DNA of 64,000 nt from the NCBI GenBank assembly GCA_963770565.1, contig CAVYQE010000011.1:800001-864000 (forward strand), given 5' to 3'. Made by a program: the position numbers and the translations under genes. Every line of letters starts with the position of its first letter. Positions within the stretch are counted from its first letter, which is position 1. Of this stretch, positions 19,144-28,614 are shown one piece after another. The notes below the pieces were generated by a model. It did not search any database, was not told the DNA's origin, and was given only the letters and a program-made list of their open reading frames with translations. Source of the DNA: an uncultured Actinomycetota bacterium. GTDB lineage: Bacteria > Actinomycetota > Actinomycetes > JAFAQI01.

Positions 19144-19941
19144 ATGCCCTGGGTCTTTCGCGGTCTTCGCAACGGCGTCGTGACCACCGGGTATCCGGCA
19201 CGTTCTGATGACTACGCCGATGAGTTTGCTGGTGCCGTGCAGGTGTGGCAGTCCGAGGCAGATCCCGGGCCGGACGTCACGGGGGTCTGCCCGACTGATG
19301 CCATTGGCTACCAGGGGGAGTTGGTCTCGGTGGATCGCGGCCGCTGCATCCTGTGCGGTGTCTGTGTTCATGCCTACCCCGACATCTTCTTTTACGGCCG
19401 GGGCAGCCACCTTGCCCGACTGGACCGGCGTGCTCTGGTCGTACCGGAAGGTCTCGTCGGCGATGGCGGTGAGGTTGCGGCGGTGCGAACGGAGTTGGCG
19501 CGACGCGTTCGTGCGCTACGTCGCTCGGTGCACATTCGCCATATCGATGTCGGTTCCGACGGGTCAGAGGAATGGGAGATCCAGGCACTAACCAACCCGA
19601 CGTATGACGTTCACCGGCTCGGGATTTTCTTCACCGCCAGCCCTCGCCATGCCGACATCCTGATGATCACTGGCGCTGGCGCGCGCGGCATGATCGAGCC
19701 GCTGCGGCGCACCCAGGAGGCGATGCCCAGCCCGGTCGTCATCATCGCGGTCGGCACCGATGTGATCAGCGGTGGCCTGATCTCCCCGACCTATGCGACC
19801 ACCGGCGGCCTGACCGACGAGATCGAGGTCGACGTCTATGTCCCCGGATCGCCCCCGCCACCGTTTGCGATCCTGCACGGCATCCTGCTCGCGCTCGGCC
19901 GGCTCCCGGCAGGGCGCGAAGTCCCCGGGGCGGCGTCGTGA
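19144..19941 (+). CDS. Ferredoxin plus NuoB/HycG-like fusion; NuoB domain has no Cys
   Basis: VCPT...CILCGVC; RSVHIRH.D.GSDGSEEWEI; ASPRHAD.L; VGTD; VPGSPP. Confidence 0.85.
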   Translation: MPWVFRGLRNGVVTTGYPARSDDYADEFAGAVQVWQSEADPGPDVTGVCPTDAIGYQGELVSVDRGRCILCGVCVHAYPDIFFYGRGSHLARLDRRALVVPEGLVGDGGEVAAVRTELARRVRALRRSVHIRHIDVGSDGSEEWEIQALTNPTYDVHRLGIFFTASPRHADILMITGAGARGMIEPLRRTQEAMPSPVVIIAVGTDVISGGLISPTYATTGGLTDEIEVDVYVPGSPPPPFAILHGILLALGRLPAGREVPGAAS

Positions 19942-22088
19942 CGACCGCGGGACTGATCCTCGCCGCCTTGTGCACCCTCGGTGGTGCCGGCGTCCTTGAC
20001 GTGATTGTGGGGCCAACGCGACCGTCTGTCCGGATGGTGCCGTATCTCGCGATCGGCGCTGCGTCGGTGCTGCTCGCGATCGCCGGCTTCCGCGCGGGCC
20101 TTGGCCATGGCGGCAGGCTCAACCTCGGGACCTTCCTCGGCTTCGGGCACAGCGCCTTGCAGGCCGACCCGCTCGCCGGGTTGTTCCTCGCACTCACCGG
20201 GCTCGTTGCCACCCCGATATCGCTGGCATTCGTGGCCTGGTCCCGCGACAGCGACGACGTTCCCTACCGCGGGCTCGCGGCGGCGGTCGCTCTCACGGTG
20301 GCTGCGGTCAGTGTGATCGTGCTGGCCGACAACGCGTTCGTGTTCCTGTTCGCCTGGGAGGGCCTGTCGGTCGCGTTCTTCCTGCTGGCCGGCTACAGGA
20401 GAGAGCGACCAGGGCAGGTCGTCACGAGTATGTTGACGCTCGGGTTCTCCAAGGCATCCGGCGCGCTGCTCCTGCTTGCCTTCGGGCTTCTCTACGGCGC
20501 TACGGGCAGTTTCAACTTCGCGGCGTGGTCACACGTCGGGGGCGTGGCGCACGGCGCTGTCTATGCGCTTGCGATCGCCGGGTTCGCCATCAAGGTCGGG
20601 CTGGTTCCGGTGCAGGTGTGGATGCCCATCGGATACGGAGCCGCACCCGGACCTGCGCGGGCGCTGATGTCCGCGGTGGCCGCTAATGTCGGCTTTTACG
20701 GCATGTGGCGTGTTCTGGGTGTCCTCGGCACGCCGCCCGAGTGGCTTGCCATCACGGTGGTCATCCTCGCGGGACTCACCGCGCTGCTCGGCATTGCCCA
20801 TGCCGCGGTGCAGGGTGACCTGCAACGGCTGATCGCCTACTCCAGCGTCGAGAACGGCGGGTTGATCACCGCCGGCTTCGGGATCGCGCTCGTCGGCGCG
20901 GCAGGCCGGCTGCCCGCCCTGGTCGCGCTCGGGCTGCTGACCAGCAGCCTGCAGATGGTCGCGCACTCCTTCGCCAAAAGCAGCCTCTTCCTGTCATCCG
21001 CCGTCATCGAGCAACACAGCGGCACCCGCGAGCTCGACAAGCTGCGCGGCGTCGGGCTCGACGCGCCGCTAGCGGGCGCCACGTTCTCGATCGGTGCACT
21101 GACTCTCGCCGGACTTCCTCTAACCCTTGGGTTCGTCTCCGAGTGGTACCTGCTCGAGTCTGTTATGCAGCTGTTTCGGCTCTCCTCACTCACCCTCGCG
21201 ATGTCCCTCGCGATCGCGGGCGCGCTCATCGCGCTCGCGGTCGGCTTCGCCGGATTCACCTTCGTCCGGCTCGTCGCGTTGACCATCCTGGGTGGTACCG
21301 GTCGACGCGCCGCCTCGTCGCGTCCTCACCACTTCCTAGGGTTGTTAGGCGGCCTTGGCCTTACCCTGCCGGCGTTCGCTTGCGTCGGGCTAGCCGCCGT
21401 CAGCCCTTGGGAGATTCGGTTCCTTGCCCATGGCCTGTCTGCGCTCGTCCCACGCTCTACGACCGACGGAGCTCTTCAGGCGCCGTGGGTCCTGCAGCCG
21501 ATTTACGGCGGCTTTTCTGCGCTGTCGCCATCCTGGCTCGCGGTGGAGATGCCACTGCTGGGGGTGGTTGTCCTGTGCTTCGTGACCATCGTGACTCGCG
21601 GTTCGTTCCTCGCTGTCCGCCGGGTTCCGCCGTGGCGGTCCGCCTCCGCAGGCGTGGACGGTGATGCGCGCTACACGTCGTTCGCGTTCGCGAATGTCAC
21701 GCGACATGTCCTGGCCAACCTGCTGATGACTCGAAGTGGGCTGTCCCATCTTGAGGGGCACTCCGACGCGACATCAGTCGGCGAGTTCGCCGGGCCTGAC
21801 GTGCCGATCGGAGAAGAACCCGGTGACGGACAGACCGCCGCACCGTCGCGTGTCCTTGTCGCGACCAGCGGTCCCGTCGCGTTCGAAGACGCGGACAGGG
21901 CGGGTGCTTCCTACACGACCGACGTCGTCGAGGTCGTGGAGACGTTCCTCTACCGACCGCTGCTTACTCCGCTGCGACGCGCCGTCGGCGCCGCGAAGCG
22001 GCTTCAGTCCGGACGTCTTGATGCCTATATTAGCTATATCCTGATTACGCTGATTGCGCTCCTCGCAGTCGTGGTTGCGCTGTCATGA
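19938..22088 (+). CDS. hyfB: HyfB/HycC-like antiporter-type membrane subunit
   Basis: FLFAWE, GF.IKVGLVP..VW.P, RLIAYSSVENGG, HSFAKS.LFL, GLP...GFVSEW, LQSG....Y. Confidence 0.85.
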   Translation: MTTAGLILAALCTLGGAGVLDVIVGPTRPSVRMVPYLAIGAASVLLAIAGFRAGLGHGGRLNLGTFLGFGHSALQADPLAGLFLALTGLVATPISLAFVAWSRDSDDVPYRGLAAAVALTVAAVSVIVLADNAFVFLFAWEGLSVAFFLLAGYRRERPGQVVTSMLTLGFSKASGALLLLAFGLLYGATGSFNFAAWSHVGGVAHGAVYALAIAGFAIKVGLVPVQVWMPIGYGAAPGPARALMSAVAANVGFYGMWRVLGVLGTPPEWLAITVVILAGLTALLGIAHAAVQGDLQRLIAYSSVENGGLITAGFGIALVGAAGRLPALVALGLLTSSLQMVAHSFAKSSLFLSSAVIEQHSGTRELDKLRGVGLDAPLAGATFSIGALTLAGLPLTLGFVSEWYLLESVMQLFRLSSLTLAMSLAIAGALIALAVGFAGFTFVRLVALTILGGTGRRAASSRPHHFLGLLGGLGLTLPAFACVGLAAVSPWEIRFLAHGLSALVPRSTTDGALQAPWVLQPIYGGFSALSPSWLAVEMPLLGVVVLCFVTIVTRGSFLAVRRVPPWRSASAGVDGDARYTSFAFANVTRHVLANLLMTRSGLSHLEGHSDATSVGEFAGPDVPIGEEPGDGQTAAPSRVLVATSGPVAFEDADRAGASYTTDVVEVVETFLYRPLLTPLRRAVGAAKRLQSGRLDAYISYILITLIALLAVVVALS

Positions 22089-22450
22089 GTCGCCAGCACC
22101 ATGAGCCGAGCCATCGAATCGAACGCCAGGCAGTGCAACTTACCCTTTACCTAGCCGAGCCACACGTCGGTGACCGACGGTCCGAGGTCGATGAACTCCT
22201 CCGCGCCGCGGTCCGAGCTGGAATGTCGGGGGGAACCGTCTTCGCCGCATATCAGGGCTTTGGTCGACGCCATGAGCACGAGCCAACGATGTGGCATCGG
22301 CCCGATGAAACACCACTGACCGTCATCTTCGTCGACCAGCCGCAACGAATCGAGGGGTTTCTTACGGTCGTCGACGAGATCCTGCCCGATGCGGTTGCGG
22401 TTACTGAGCAGGTGCGGTCCATCCGCTACATCCGGCCCCATCAGCACTAA
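22085..22450 (+). CDS. DUF190 (PII-like, usually CrcB-associated) protein
   Basis: LTLYL.E...ELL..A..AG.SG.TVF....GFG...P.TV.FVD...RIE.FL; ATGA overlap with hyfB. Confidence 0.8.
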   Translation: MSRQHHEPSHRIERQAVQLTLYLAEPHVGDRRSEVDELLRAAVRAGMSGGTVFAAYQGFGRRHEHEPTMWHRPDETPLTVIFVDQPQRIEGFLTVVDEILPDAVAVTEQVRSIRYIRPHQH

Positions 22451-22606
22451 TCGATCGAGCAGATCCGGCAACTTATTGGCCGACGCCCGCCTGCGATCCG
22501 GCCAGGCGTTACGCGACGTGACTGGGTTACTGCGCCTCTATTAACTAGGTCGCCCGGTTGGTCCAGCGAGTAGCAAGACTCAAGGCGAAGCGGCGATGCC
22601 TCATCG

Positions 22607-23083
22607 TCATTGCTTGGGTGGGGCCGGCACTACCAGCACAGGCTTCCGTTGCTTGCGCGTCAACGCTTGCGGAACCGAACCATGCAAGAGCCGCTGCGCA
22701 AGCCCCCGGCCGCTCGCTCCAACCACGATCATCAAGACGTCATGCTCATGGGCGACTTGAGCAAGCGCGTGGGCAGGTTCATCTCGCGCAGTTTCATATG
22801 TCCACTCCACAGTTGCCCCCGCAAGCAGCCTTTCTGCGTGCTGTCGCTCCTCCTCCACCGTCCGCTCAGCGGCCACCTCGTAGTCGGCGGCATCAGGATC
22901 GATCGGATAGTCCTGAAGGTCGATTACGTGCAACACCACCAGACTCGCCCCAAGAGCACGGGCGAGATCGGCGGCGACGATCACCGCACGGTGGCTTGCC
23001 GGATGTTGGTCATATCCCACCAGCAGGCGGTTCGAACCACCGAGATGCTCGAACTCAACTCTGGTATCTAGCCGAGTATCCAC
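22607..23083 (-). CDS. Universal stress protein (UspA family)
   Basis: LLVGYD...AS..A...AA.LA...L.VLHV; IVVG..G.G....L.GSV...L......PVLVVP. Confidence 0.9.
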   Translation of the reverse strand: MDTRLDTRVEFEHLGGSNRLLVGYDQHPASHRAVIVAADLARALGASLVVLHVIDLQDYPIDPDAADYEVAAERTVEEERQHAERLLAGATVEWTYETARDEPAHALAQVAHEHDVLMIVVGASGRGLAQRLLHGSVPQALTRKQRKPVLVVPAPPKQ

Positions 23084-23112
23084 CTGACGGATCTCCCTCC
23101 AGCGCGTTAACC

Positions 23113-23179
23113 GGAAGGAGCCATCATCCCGACGGGCGGTTCAGATCCATTCAGAGGGATCTTGGCGGGGTCCATCGCC
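23113..23179 (-). promoter_or_regulatory. Second fluoride riboswitch (slightly degenerate), upstream of uspA
   Basis: Minus strand GGCGATGGACCCCGCC-hairpin-AACCGCCCGTCGGGATGATGGCTCCTTCC; TACTCT -10 box 6 nt upstream. Confidence 0.7.
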
Positions 23180-23944
23180 GATGAGAGAGTACCTCGAAAC
23201 TCGCCAACGGACCTCGCCAATCTGCATGGCCCGATCCCTCCCTTCTTCGGTCGGAGGGCAGCGCTATCGGAGGCTCTTGGCACATCGGGATTGGGTCCGA
23301 GGTAGCTAAGGCGTTGGACGATGATGTCTGCCGTTCAACATGCCGCCTCGTGCACCCACGAGCGACCCTCATAGGTTGTTGACGTTTCCGAAATCGATAG
23401 GGCATCCTCGGGAACGCTGGCACCCTTCCCGATACAGAACTGTGGGAGGTTCGGTAATTGGCGCACGCACTCGGAGCAGCGGCGGCACTCCTGACCTGTG
23501 CTGCATTGTTGGTTAGCGTCCACCCGGTTGCCCATGCTCCCAACGGCAAGCTCCCCGCGTTGCATCGCGTCCTTGGCGCTTCCTACCGATCGGTGGTTCC
23601 CCTCGAAGCCCACCGCCTTTACGTCGTCATCACCCTGGCGTCAGCAGGGTCCGTTCTCGGGCTATTTGGCGCTGTCGTGTTGGCGAGATCACTCGTGGCA
23701 CTGTGACGAAGGCACCGGACCCGTCGAGCGGAGCAAGTGAGCAGTTGCTTTCGGTATCGTGTGTGCCACACGCTGCTCTGTGGCTGCTCGCGGTAAGGTC
23801 ATCTCGGCGATGGAACCCGCCAGGTCGGCCCACAGCCGGCCGAAGCGCCACCTCGGCTGACGGCTCCTGGTTAAATCGCGGCGCTCAGAACGCCGCCTTG
23901 GAGCGGGGGCGAGATAGTGCAACGCTTGCGCTTTGCAAGAAGCA

Positions 23945-24165
23945 TGACGCGTTACAGTGCGGGGCCAACCGCGACCCAACAGATCTTGGAGATCTTCACG
24001 GCGACCGAGCCAGTCCTTGCCAATGTGACGCCTGGCGTGGAATACAAGGCGATCGGCTCGGTGCTGGCGTTCACGATCCGGTGGGTGGCAGTCGCTGAGG
24101 GCCGCGACCCGCGGGAGGTGCTCGACGGGATCGCTCGCAAGTTTGGTCTGACGACAACCGACTAA
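23945..24165 (+). CDS. Small hypothetical protein
   Basis: Short ORF (start uncertain) ending W.A.AEGRDP.EVL..IA. Confidence 0.3.
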
Positions 24166-24320
24166 CTCGATCGGCGTCTGGTGCGCAGGCGGGGCCCGTA
24201 GGCGTCCGTCGAGGCGCCTAACCCGGAGGATCGACATCGTCGTCCGACGGCGAGGTCAGCCAGGCGGAGTACAGCGAACGCACAGAACTGGCTCGGTGAT
24301 GCTGCCACTCGTCAAACGAA

Positions 24321-25628
24321 TCAGCTGGCCAGCCCATAGGGAAGGTGTTCGTTGGCCTCGATCTCGATAAGCCGGTTGTACTTCGCGACCCGCTCACCAC
24401 GCGCGGGCGCCCCGGTCTTCATATGACCACAGCTGCTGCCGACGGCCAGATCGGCAATGAAGGTGTCCTCGGTCTCACCTGATCGGTGAGAGACGAACTG
24501 CGCCCAACCGGCGCCGCGGCAAGTCGACATCGCCTCGAGTGTCTCGGTCACTGTGCCGATCTGATTGACCTTGATCAAGGACGCATTGCCTACCTTGCGG
24601 GCGATCGCTTTCCGAATGATCACCGGGTTCGTGCACAGGATGTCATCGCCGACGAGTTCCACCCGGTCCCCGATCCGAGTGGTCAGCCGCTCCCAGCCCT
24701 CCCAGTCGGACTCGGCCAGACCGTCCTCCAACAGCCAAACGGGGTAGCGGTCGATGATCTCGACGTATCGCTCGATCATTTCATCGCTGGATAACGCCTC
24801 ACCGGCGACGTGGTATGCGCCGTCGCGATAGAACTCGCTCGACGCTGGGTCCATCGCGAGCGCGATGCTGTCGCTTCCGGGACGGTAGCCGGCTGCCTCG
24901 ATAGCCGAGACCAGAAGGGTCAGGACATCCTCGGGCGCGGTGATCTCCGGAGCGAAGCCGCCCTCATCGCCCAAACCCGTCGCGTAGCCCTTATCCATGA
25001 GGCTGCGGCGCAGCGCGCCATAGATCTCCGCACCGGCCCGCACGGCCTCTGCAACCGTAGGCGCGCCCAACGGAGCGAGCATGAACTCCTGGAAGTCGAG
25101 ATCGTTGGAGGCATGCACTCCGCCGTTGATCACATTGAAGTGCGGCACCGGGATCCGCGGTACCACTCCGGGCGGCGCCAGCGATCGCCATAGCGGTTCA
25201 CCGGAGACCATCGCTGCCGCTCGAGCGACCGCCATCGAAACGCCGACGATCGCGTTGGCACCCAACCTGGACTTGTCCGGCGTACCGTCCAGCGCGATCA
25301 GCGACCCGTCCAGCTCAGCCAGGTCGATGAACTGCCGCCCGCGGACCATGTCGGTGATCTCGCCGTTCACATGGGCCACGGCGTTCAGCACGCCCTGCCC
25401 GTTGTAGCGCGCGGGATCGCCATCGCGTAGTTCCTTGGCCTCGCGCGACCCCGTCGATGCTCCCGAAGGAACCCCGGCTCGCGCGCAAACACCGCCATTC
25501 AGCTCGACGGTGACAGCGAGCGTCGGACGCGAGCGCGAGTCGAGGATCTCGATCGCCGAAAGCGCATCAATGATCAGCAAAGCACCCACCTCCACAGGGT
25601 CGAAGCCCGAAGGGCCAGTCTCGGTCAC
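24321..25628 (-). CDS. eno: Enolase (island-borne copy)
   Basis: EILDSR..PT, VPSGASTG, NGG.HA..DFQEFM, GDEGGFAP, VGDD, LIKVNQIG, SHRSGETED, KTGAP.RGER.AKYN. Confidence 0.95.
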   Translation of the reverse strand: MTETGPSGFDPVEVGALLIIDALSAIEILDSRSRPTLAVTVELNGGVCARAGVPSGASTGSREAKELRDGDPARYNGQGVLNAVAHVNGEITDMVRGRQFIDLAELDGSLIALDGTPDKSRLGANAIVGVSMAVARAAAMVSGEPLWRSLAPPGVVPRIPVPHFNVINGGVHASNDLDFQEFMLAPLGAPTVAEAVRAGAEIYGALRRSLMDKGYATGLGDEGGFAPEITAPEDVLTLLVSAIEAAGYRPGSDSIALAMDPASSEFYRDGAYHVAGEALSSDEMIERYVEIIDRYPVWLLEDGLAESDWEGWERLTTRIGDRVELVGDDILCTNPVIIRKAIARKVGNASLIKVNQIGTVTETLEAMSTCRGAGWAQFVSHRSGETEDTFIADLAVGSSCGHMKTGAPARGERVAKYNRLIEIEANEHLPYGLAS

Positions 25629-25931
25629 CGGGCCTCGGCAAGCGAAGCGGCCGTTGGTTCCAGACTGGTCACCGAGGACCCGGACAACCAGAGTCGAAGG
25701 TCATCAGTGTCGACCGCCGCTCGCTCCGGTACGCCGGCGAACATGGTCGTCCGAGACAGCAACGCTCGGTCGATCTCTGCGGACGGGGTAAGCCGATTCG
25801 AAGCCACCACGTCACGTCTGGCGCATGGCTGCGGCCGTTCTTGGTACCAAATACTGGCGACCGCCGTCGAGGCCACGCGGAACCGCGGACGGTGGCGATC
25901 TCTAGCACTTCGCGCAATATGCCCTATCGGT

Positions 25932-26690
25932 TCATCTGATTGCGCGGGCGCGGTCGCGGGCCTTGATCGCGACCGCCACGTCGTTGCTCTCGACCGCATC
26001 GACGCCGATGTCGAAGAGCCGATCGATCACGTCGACGTCGTCGGCAACCCAGGTAGCAACAAACAGCCCATGCCTGTGGGCGCGTTCGACGACGCGGGCG
26101 CCATCGGAAAGGATCGTCTCGACGTCGGGCAGTACGAACGGATGACCGTTTCGGACGCATGCGTCAATCGCGGCTCCGAGACCCTCATGACCCTCGCACT
26201 CGAGGCCGGTCGCGATCTCGGGCGCCGCGCGTCGGAGCTGGTCCAGGGTCGGCAGCTCGAAGCAGCTGACCAGAGCCGCGTCGAAGCCGATTTCGGTGAG
26301 CAGTTGCGCGACAGTCGCGGCGGCCACAGGACCCAAGCCGTGGGTGCCTGGCTCGTCGGCGAGATGCTTGATCTCGAGCTCGACCGCACACCTGCTCGCC
26401 ACCGTGTCGAGGACATCGGAGAGCATGGCGACGTCGGCAAGCGCGGGCTGCGCACGAATGTCGCGCAGCGTCATGTCGCTGACCAGCACCGACTTCCCCG
26501 AACACAGCGTGACCGTCGGGTCGTGGATGACCACTGGCACACAGTCGGCAGTGAGCCGGACGTCCATCTCGAGCATGTCCGCGCCCATCTCGACCGCGGC
26601 TTCGAATGCCGCCAGCGTGTTCTCCGGATACCCCACCGACGCGCCACGGTGGGCGATCACGGCCGGGATGACGAGCCCGGCGACCGGCAT
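25932..26690 (-). CDS. Glycerophosphodiester phosphodiesterase
   Basis: IAHRGAS..YPENTLAAF..A..GAD.LEMDV.LT.D..PVV.HD; start uncertain (26690 or 26714). Confidence 0.88.
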   Translation of the reverse strand: MPVAGLVIPAVIAHRGASVGYPENTLAAFEAAVEMGADMLEMDVRLTADCVPVVIHDPTVTLCSGKSVLVSDMTLRDIRAQPALADVAMLSDVLDTVASRCAVELEIKHLADEPGTHGLGPVAAATVAQLLTEIGFDAALVSCFELPTLDQLRRAAPEIATGLECEGHEGLGAAIDACVRNGHPFVLPDVETILSDGARVVERAHRHGLFVATWVADDVDVIDRLFDIGVDAVESNDVAVAIKARDRARAIR

Positions 26691-26715
26691 GTTCCCCCGC
26701 GCGCCGCCCGACACC

Positions 26716-27783
26716 TCAGCTTCCTGCCATGACGCGGATCGCAGCCGGGTCGATGTCGAGCGTGACCTGAGTTCCTTCGGCCAGCCCCAGCACCCGGGTG
26801 CTCGCGACGTCGGCGAGCAGATCGCCCGCCGGCGTCGCGACCCGTAGCCGGGTGACCGCACCAAGAAATGTTCGGCCCAGGATGCATCCGGACAGAATGT
26901 TTACCCCAGCCTCGGACGGCGCCGGCGCCGGATCGACGTTGATGCCCTCCGGCCGGATGAGCGCGATGATCTCCTGGCCGTGAGGTGCGGTGAGGTCGTT
27001 GACGGTCAGCCGGGCGGGACTGTCGGTGATCAGGATCTCGCCACTGTGACCGACTGTGCCGGACAAGCGGTTCACGGTGCCGACGAACTCTGCGACGAAA
27101 AGGTTGCTTGGGTCGTGGTAGATGTCCGCAGGTCGCCCGACCTGCTGAAGCCGCCCGCCGGACATGACCGCGACCCGATCTGAGATCGAGAACGCCTCCT
27201 CCTGGTCGTGGGTGACGTACACGGTGGTGATTCCCAGACTCGACTGGATGCGGCGGATCTCCTCGCGCACATGCACGCGTACCTTCGCGTCCAGCGCGGA
27301 CAATGGCTCGTCGAGCAGGAGCATCGCCGGCTCGAAGGCCAGGGCGCGCGCCAGTGCTACCCGCTGCTGCTCACCGCCGGACAGCTGGTGCGGGTACCGG
27401 TCTGCGCGGGCGCTGAGCCGCACTAGCTCGAGCAGCTCGTTGGCCTTGGCCGAGCGCTTGGCGCCCGGCTCTCGGCGCACCTTCAGGCCGAACTCGACGT
27501 TTTCGCGCGCTGTCATCGTCGGGAAGAGGCTGTATGCCTGGAAGACCATGCCCATGTTGCGCCGGCTGGCGGGGACGTCGTTCACGCACTCGCCGTCGAG
27601 GACGATCTCGCCCTCGTCGGCCTGCTCGAAGCCGGCGATGATTCGCAGGGCCGTCGTTTTGCCGCATCCGCTCGGCCCGAGCAGCGACAGCAGTTCACCG
27701 GGGTGAACCTCGAGGTCGAGCGAGTCGAGCGCCTGAGCGTCACGGAACCGCTTGGACAGCCCCTGGACCTCCAGGTGGGTCAC
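26716..27783 (-). CDS. ABC transporter ATP-binding protein (PotA/FbpC-like)
   Basis: GPSGCGKTT, LSGGEQQR, LLLDEP, TOBE-like tail. Confidence 0.92.
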   Translation of the reverse strand: MTHLEVQGLSKRFRDAQALDSLDLEVHPGELLSLLGPSGCGKTTALRIIAGFEQADEGEIVLDGECVNDVPASRRNMGMVFQAYSLFPTMTARENVEFGLKVRREPGAKRSAKANELLELVRLSARADRYPHQLSGGEQQRVALARALAFEPAMLLLDEPLSALDAKVRVHVREEIRRIQSSLGITTVYVTHDQEEAFSISDRVAVMSGGRLQQVGRPADIYHDPSNLFVAEFVGTVNRLSGTVGHSGEILITDSPARLTVNDLTAPHGQEIIALIRPEGINVDPAPAPSEAGVNILSGCILGRTFLGAVTRLRVATPAGDLLADVASTRVLGLAEGTQVTLDIDPAAIRVMAGS

Positions 27784-27816
27784 GTCTCGCCCCTCAATCT
27801 GATCAGGTGCATTCGG

Positions 27817-28614
27817 CTAGTGGGCAAACGCCACCGGGCGTCGCCCGACACTGCGGTGGGTGAGCAGGAACAGGGCGAGCATTGCCAACCAGGTGAGAAG
27901 GAAGCTGAGTACGGCGAGTGCCGCGGAGGCGTACGCCTCGGTGACGCCGATGTGCTGCATATACACCGGGAAGGTGTTGAACAGAAGAAGGCTCGAGATC
28001 GTGTACTCACCGAGCACGACGGCGACGGTGAGTAATGTCGAGGCCAGAACCGCCGTGCGGAGATTCGGCAGGATGACATGCCACAGGGTCTGCCACCAAG
28101 ACGCGCCGACGCTGTGCGCCGCATCGGTCAGCGTGCGGATGTCCACTGCCAGCAGCCCTGCGTCCAGCGACCGGTAGGTGAACGGCAACGCCAGGATGAC
28201 ATAGGCGAATGCGAGCAGCTGAGTGCTCGAGATGATGACCGGCACACCCTGGAACAACCCTACGAAGCCGACCGCGAGCGCGATCGGCGGAACCACGAAC
28301 GGCAGGATCGAGATGAACTCCATCACTGGCCGCAGCGCCGGCAACCGGGTATGGACCCAATAGACCGTAGGCACCATCAGCACCAAGCCGAGCGCCGCGG
28401 TCTCGATGGCCAGGCGAAGCGACAGCGAGAAGCTGCTCCAAAAGTTGTGGTCATGCAGGATCGTGCTGTACCAGTGCAGGCCGTACTGGTGCGGCCCGAC
28501 ATCGAGGCTGAACTGTGCGGTCGAGATCAGCGGGACGAGCAGATACACCGCCGCCATCGTCAGCCAGAACCACGCCCAGACGCGGCGGCGGCGAAGCCCG
28601 CCTACCGCAGCCAT
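27817..28614 (-). CDS. ABC transporter permease
   Basis: Hydrophobic; DAA.SVGASWWQT..HVILP. Confidence 0.88.
   Translation of the reverse strand: MAAVGGLRRRRVWAWFWLTMAAVYLLVPLISTAQFSLDVGPHQYGLHWYSTILHDHNFWSSFSLSLRLAIETAALGLVLMVPTVYWVHTRLPALRPVMEFISILPFVVPPIALAVGFVGLFQGVPVIISSTQLLAFAYVILALPFTYRSLDAGLLAVDIRTLTDAAHSVGASWWQTLWHVILPNLRTAVLASTLLTVAVVLGEYTISSLLLFNTFPVYMQHIGVTEAYASAALAVLSFLLTWLAMLALFLLTHRSVGRRPVAFAH

Noticed and set aside
14534-22088. Functional [NiFe] formate hydrogenlyase
   Set aside because: All Ni-binding Cys absent; no hyp or fdh genes in the window
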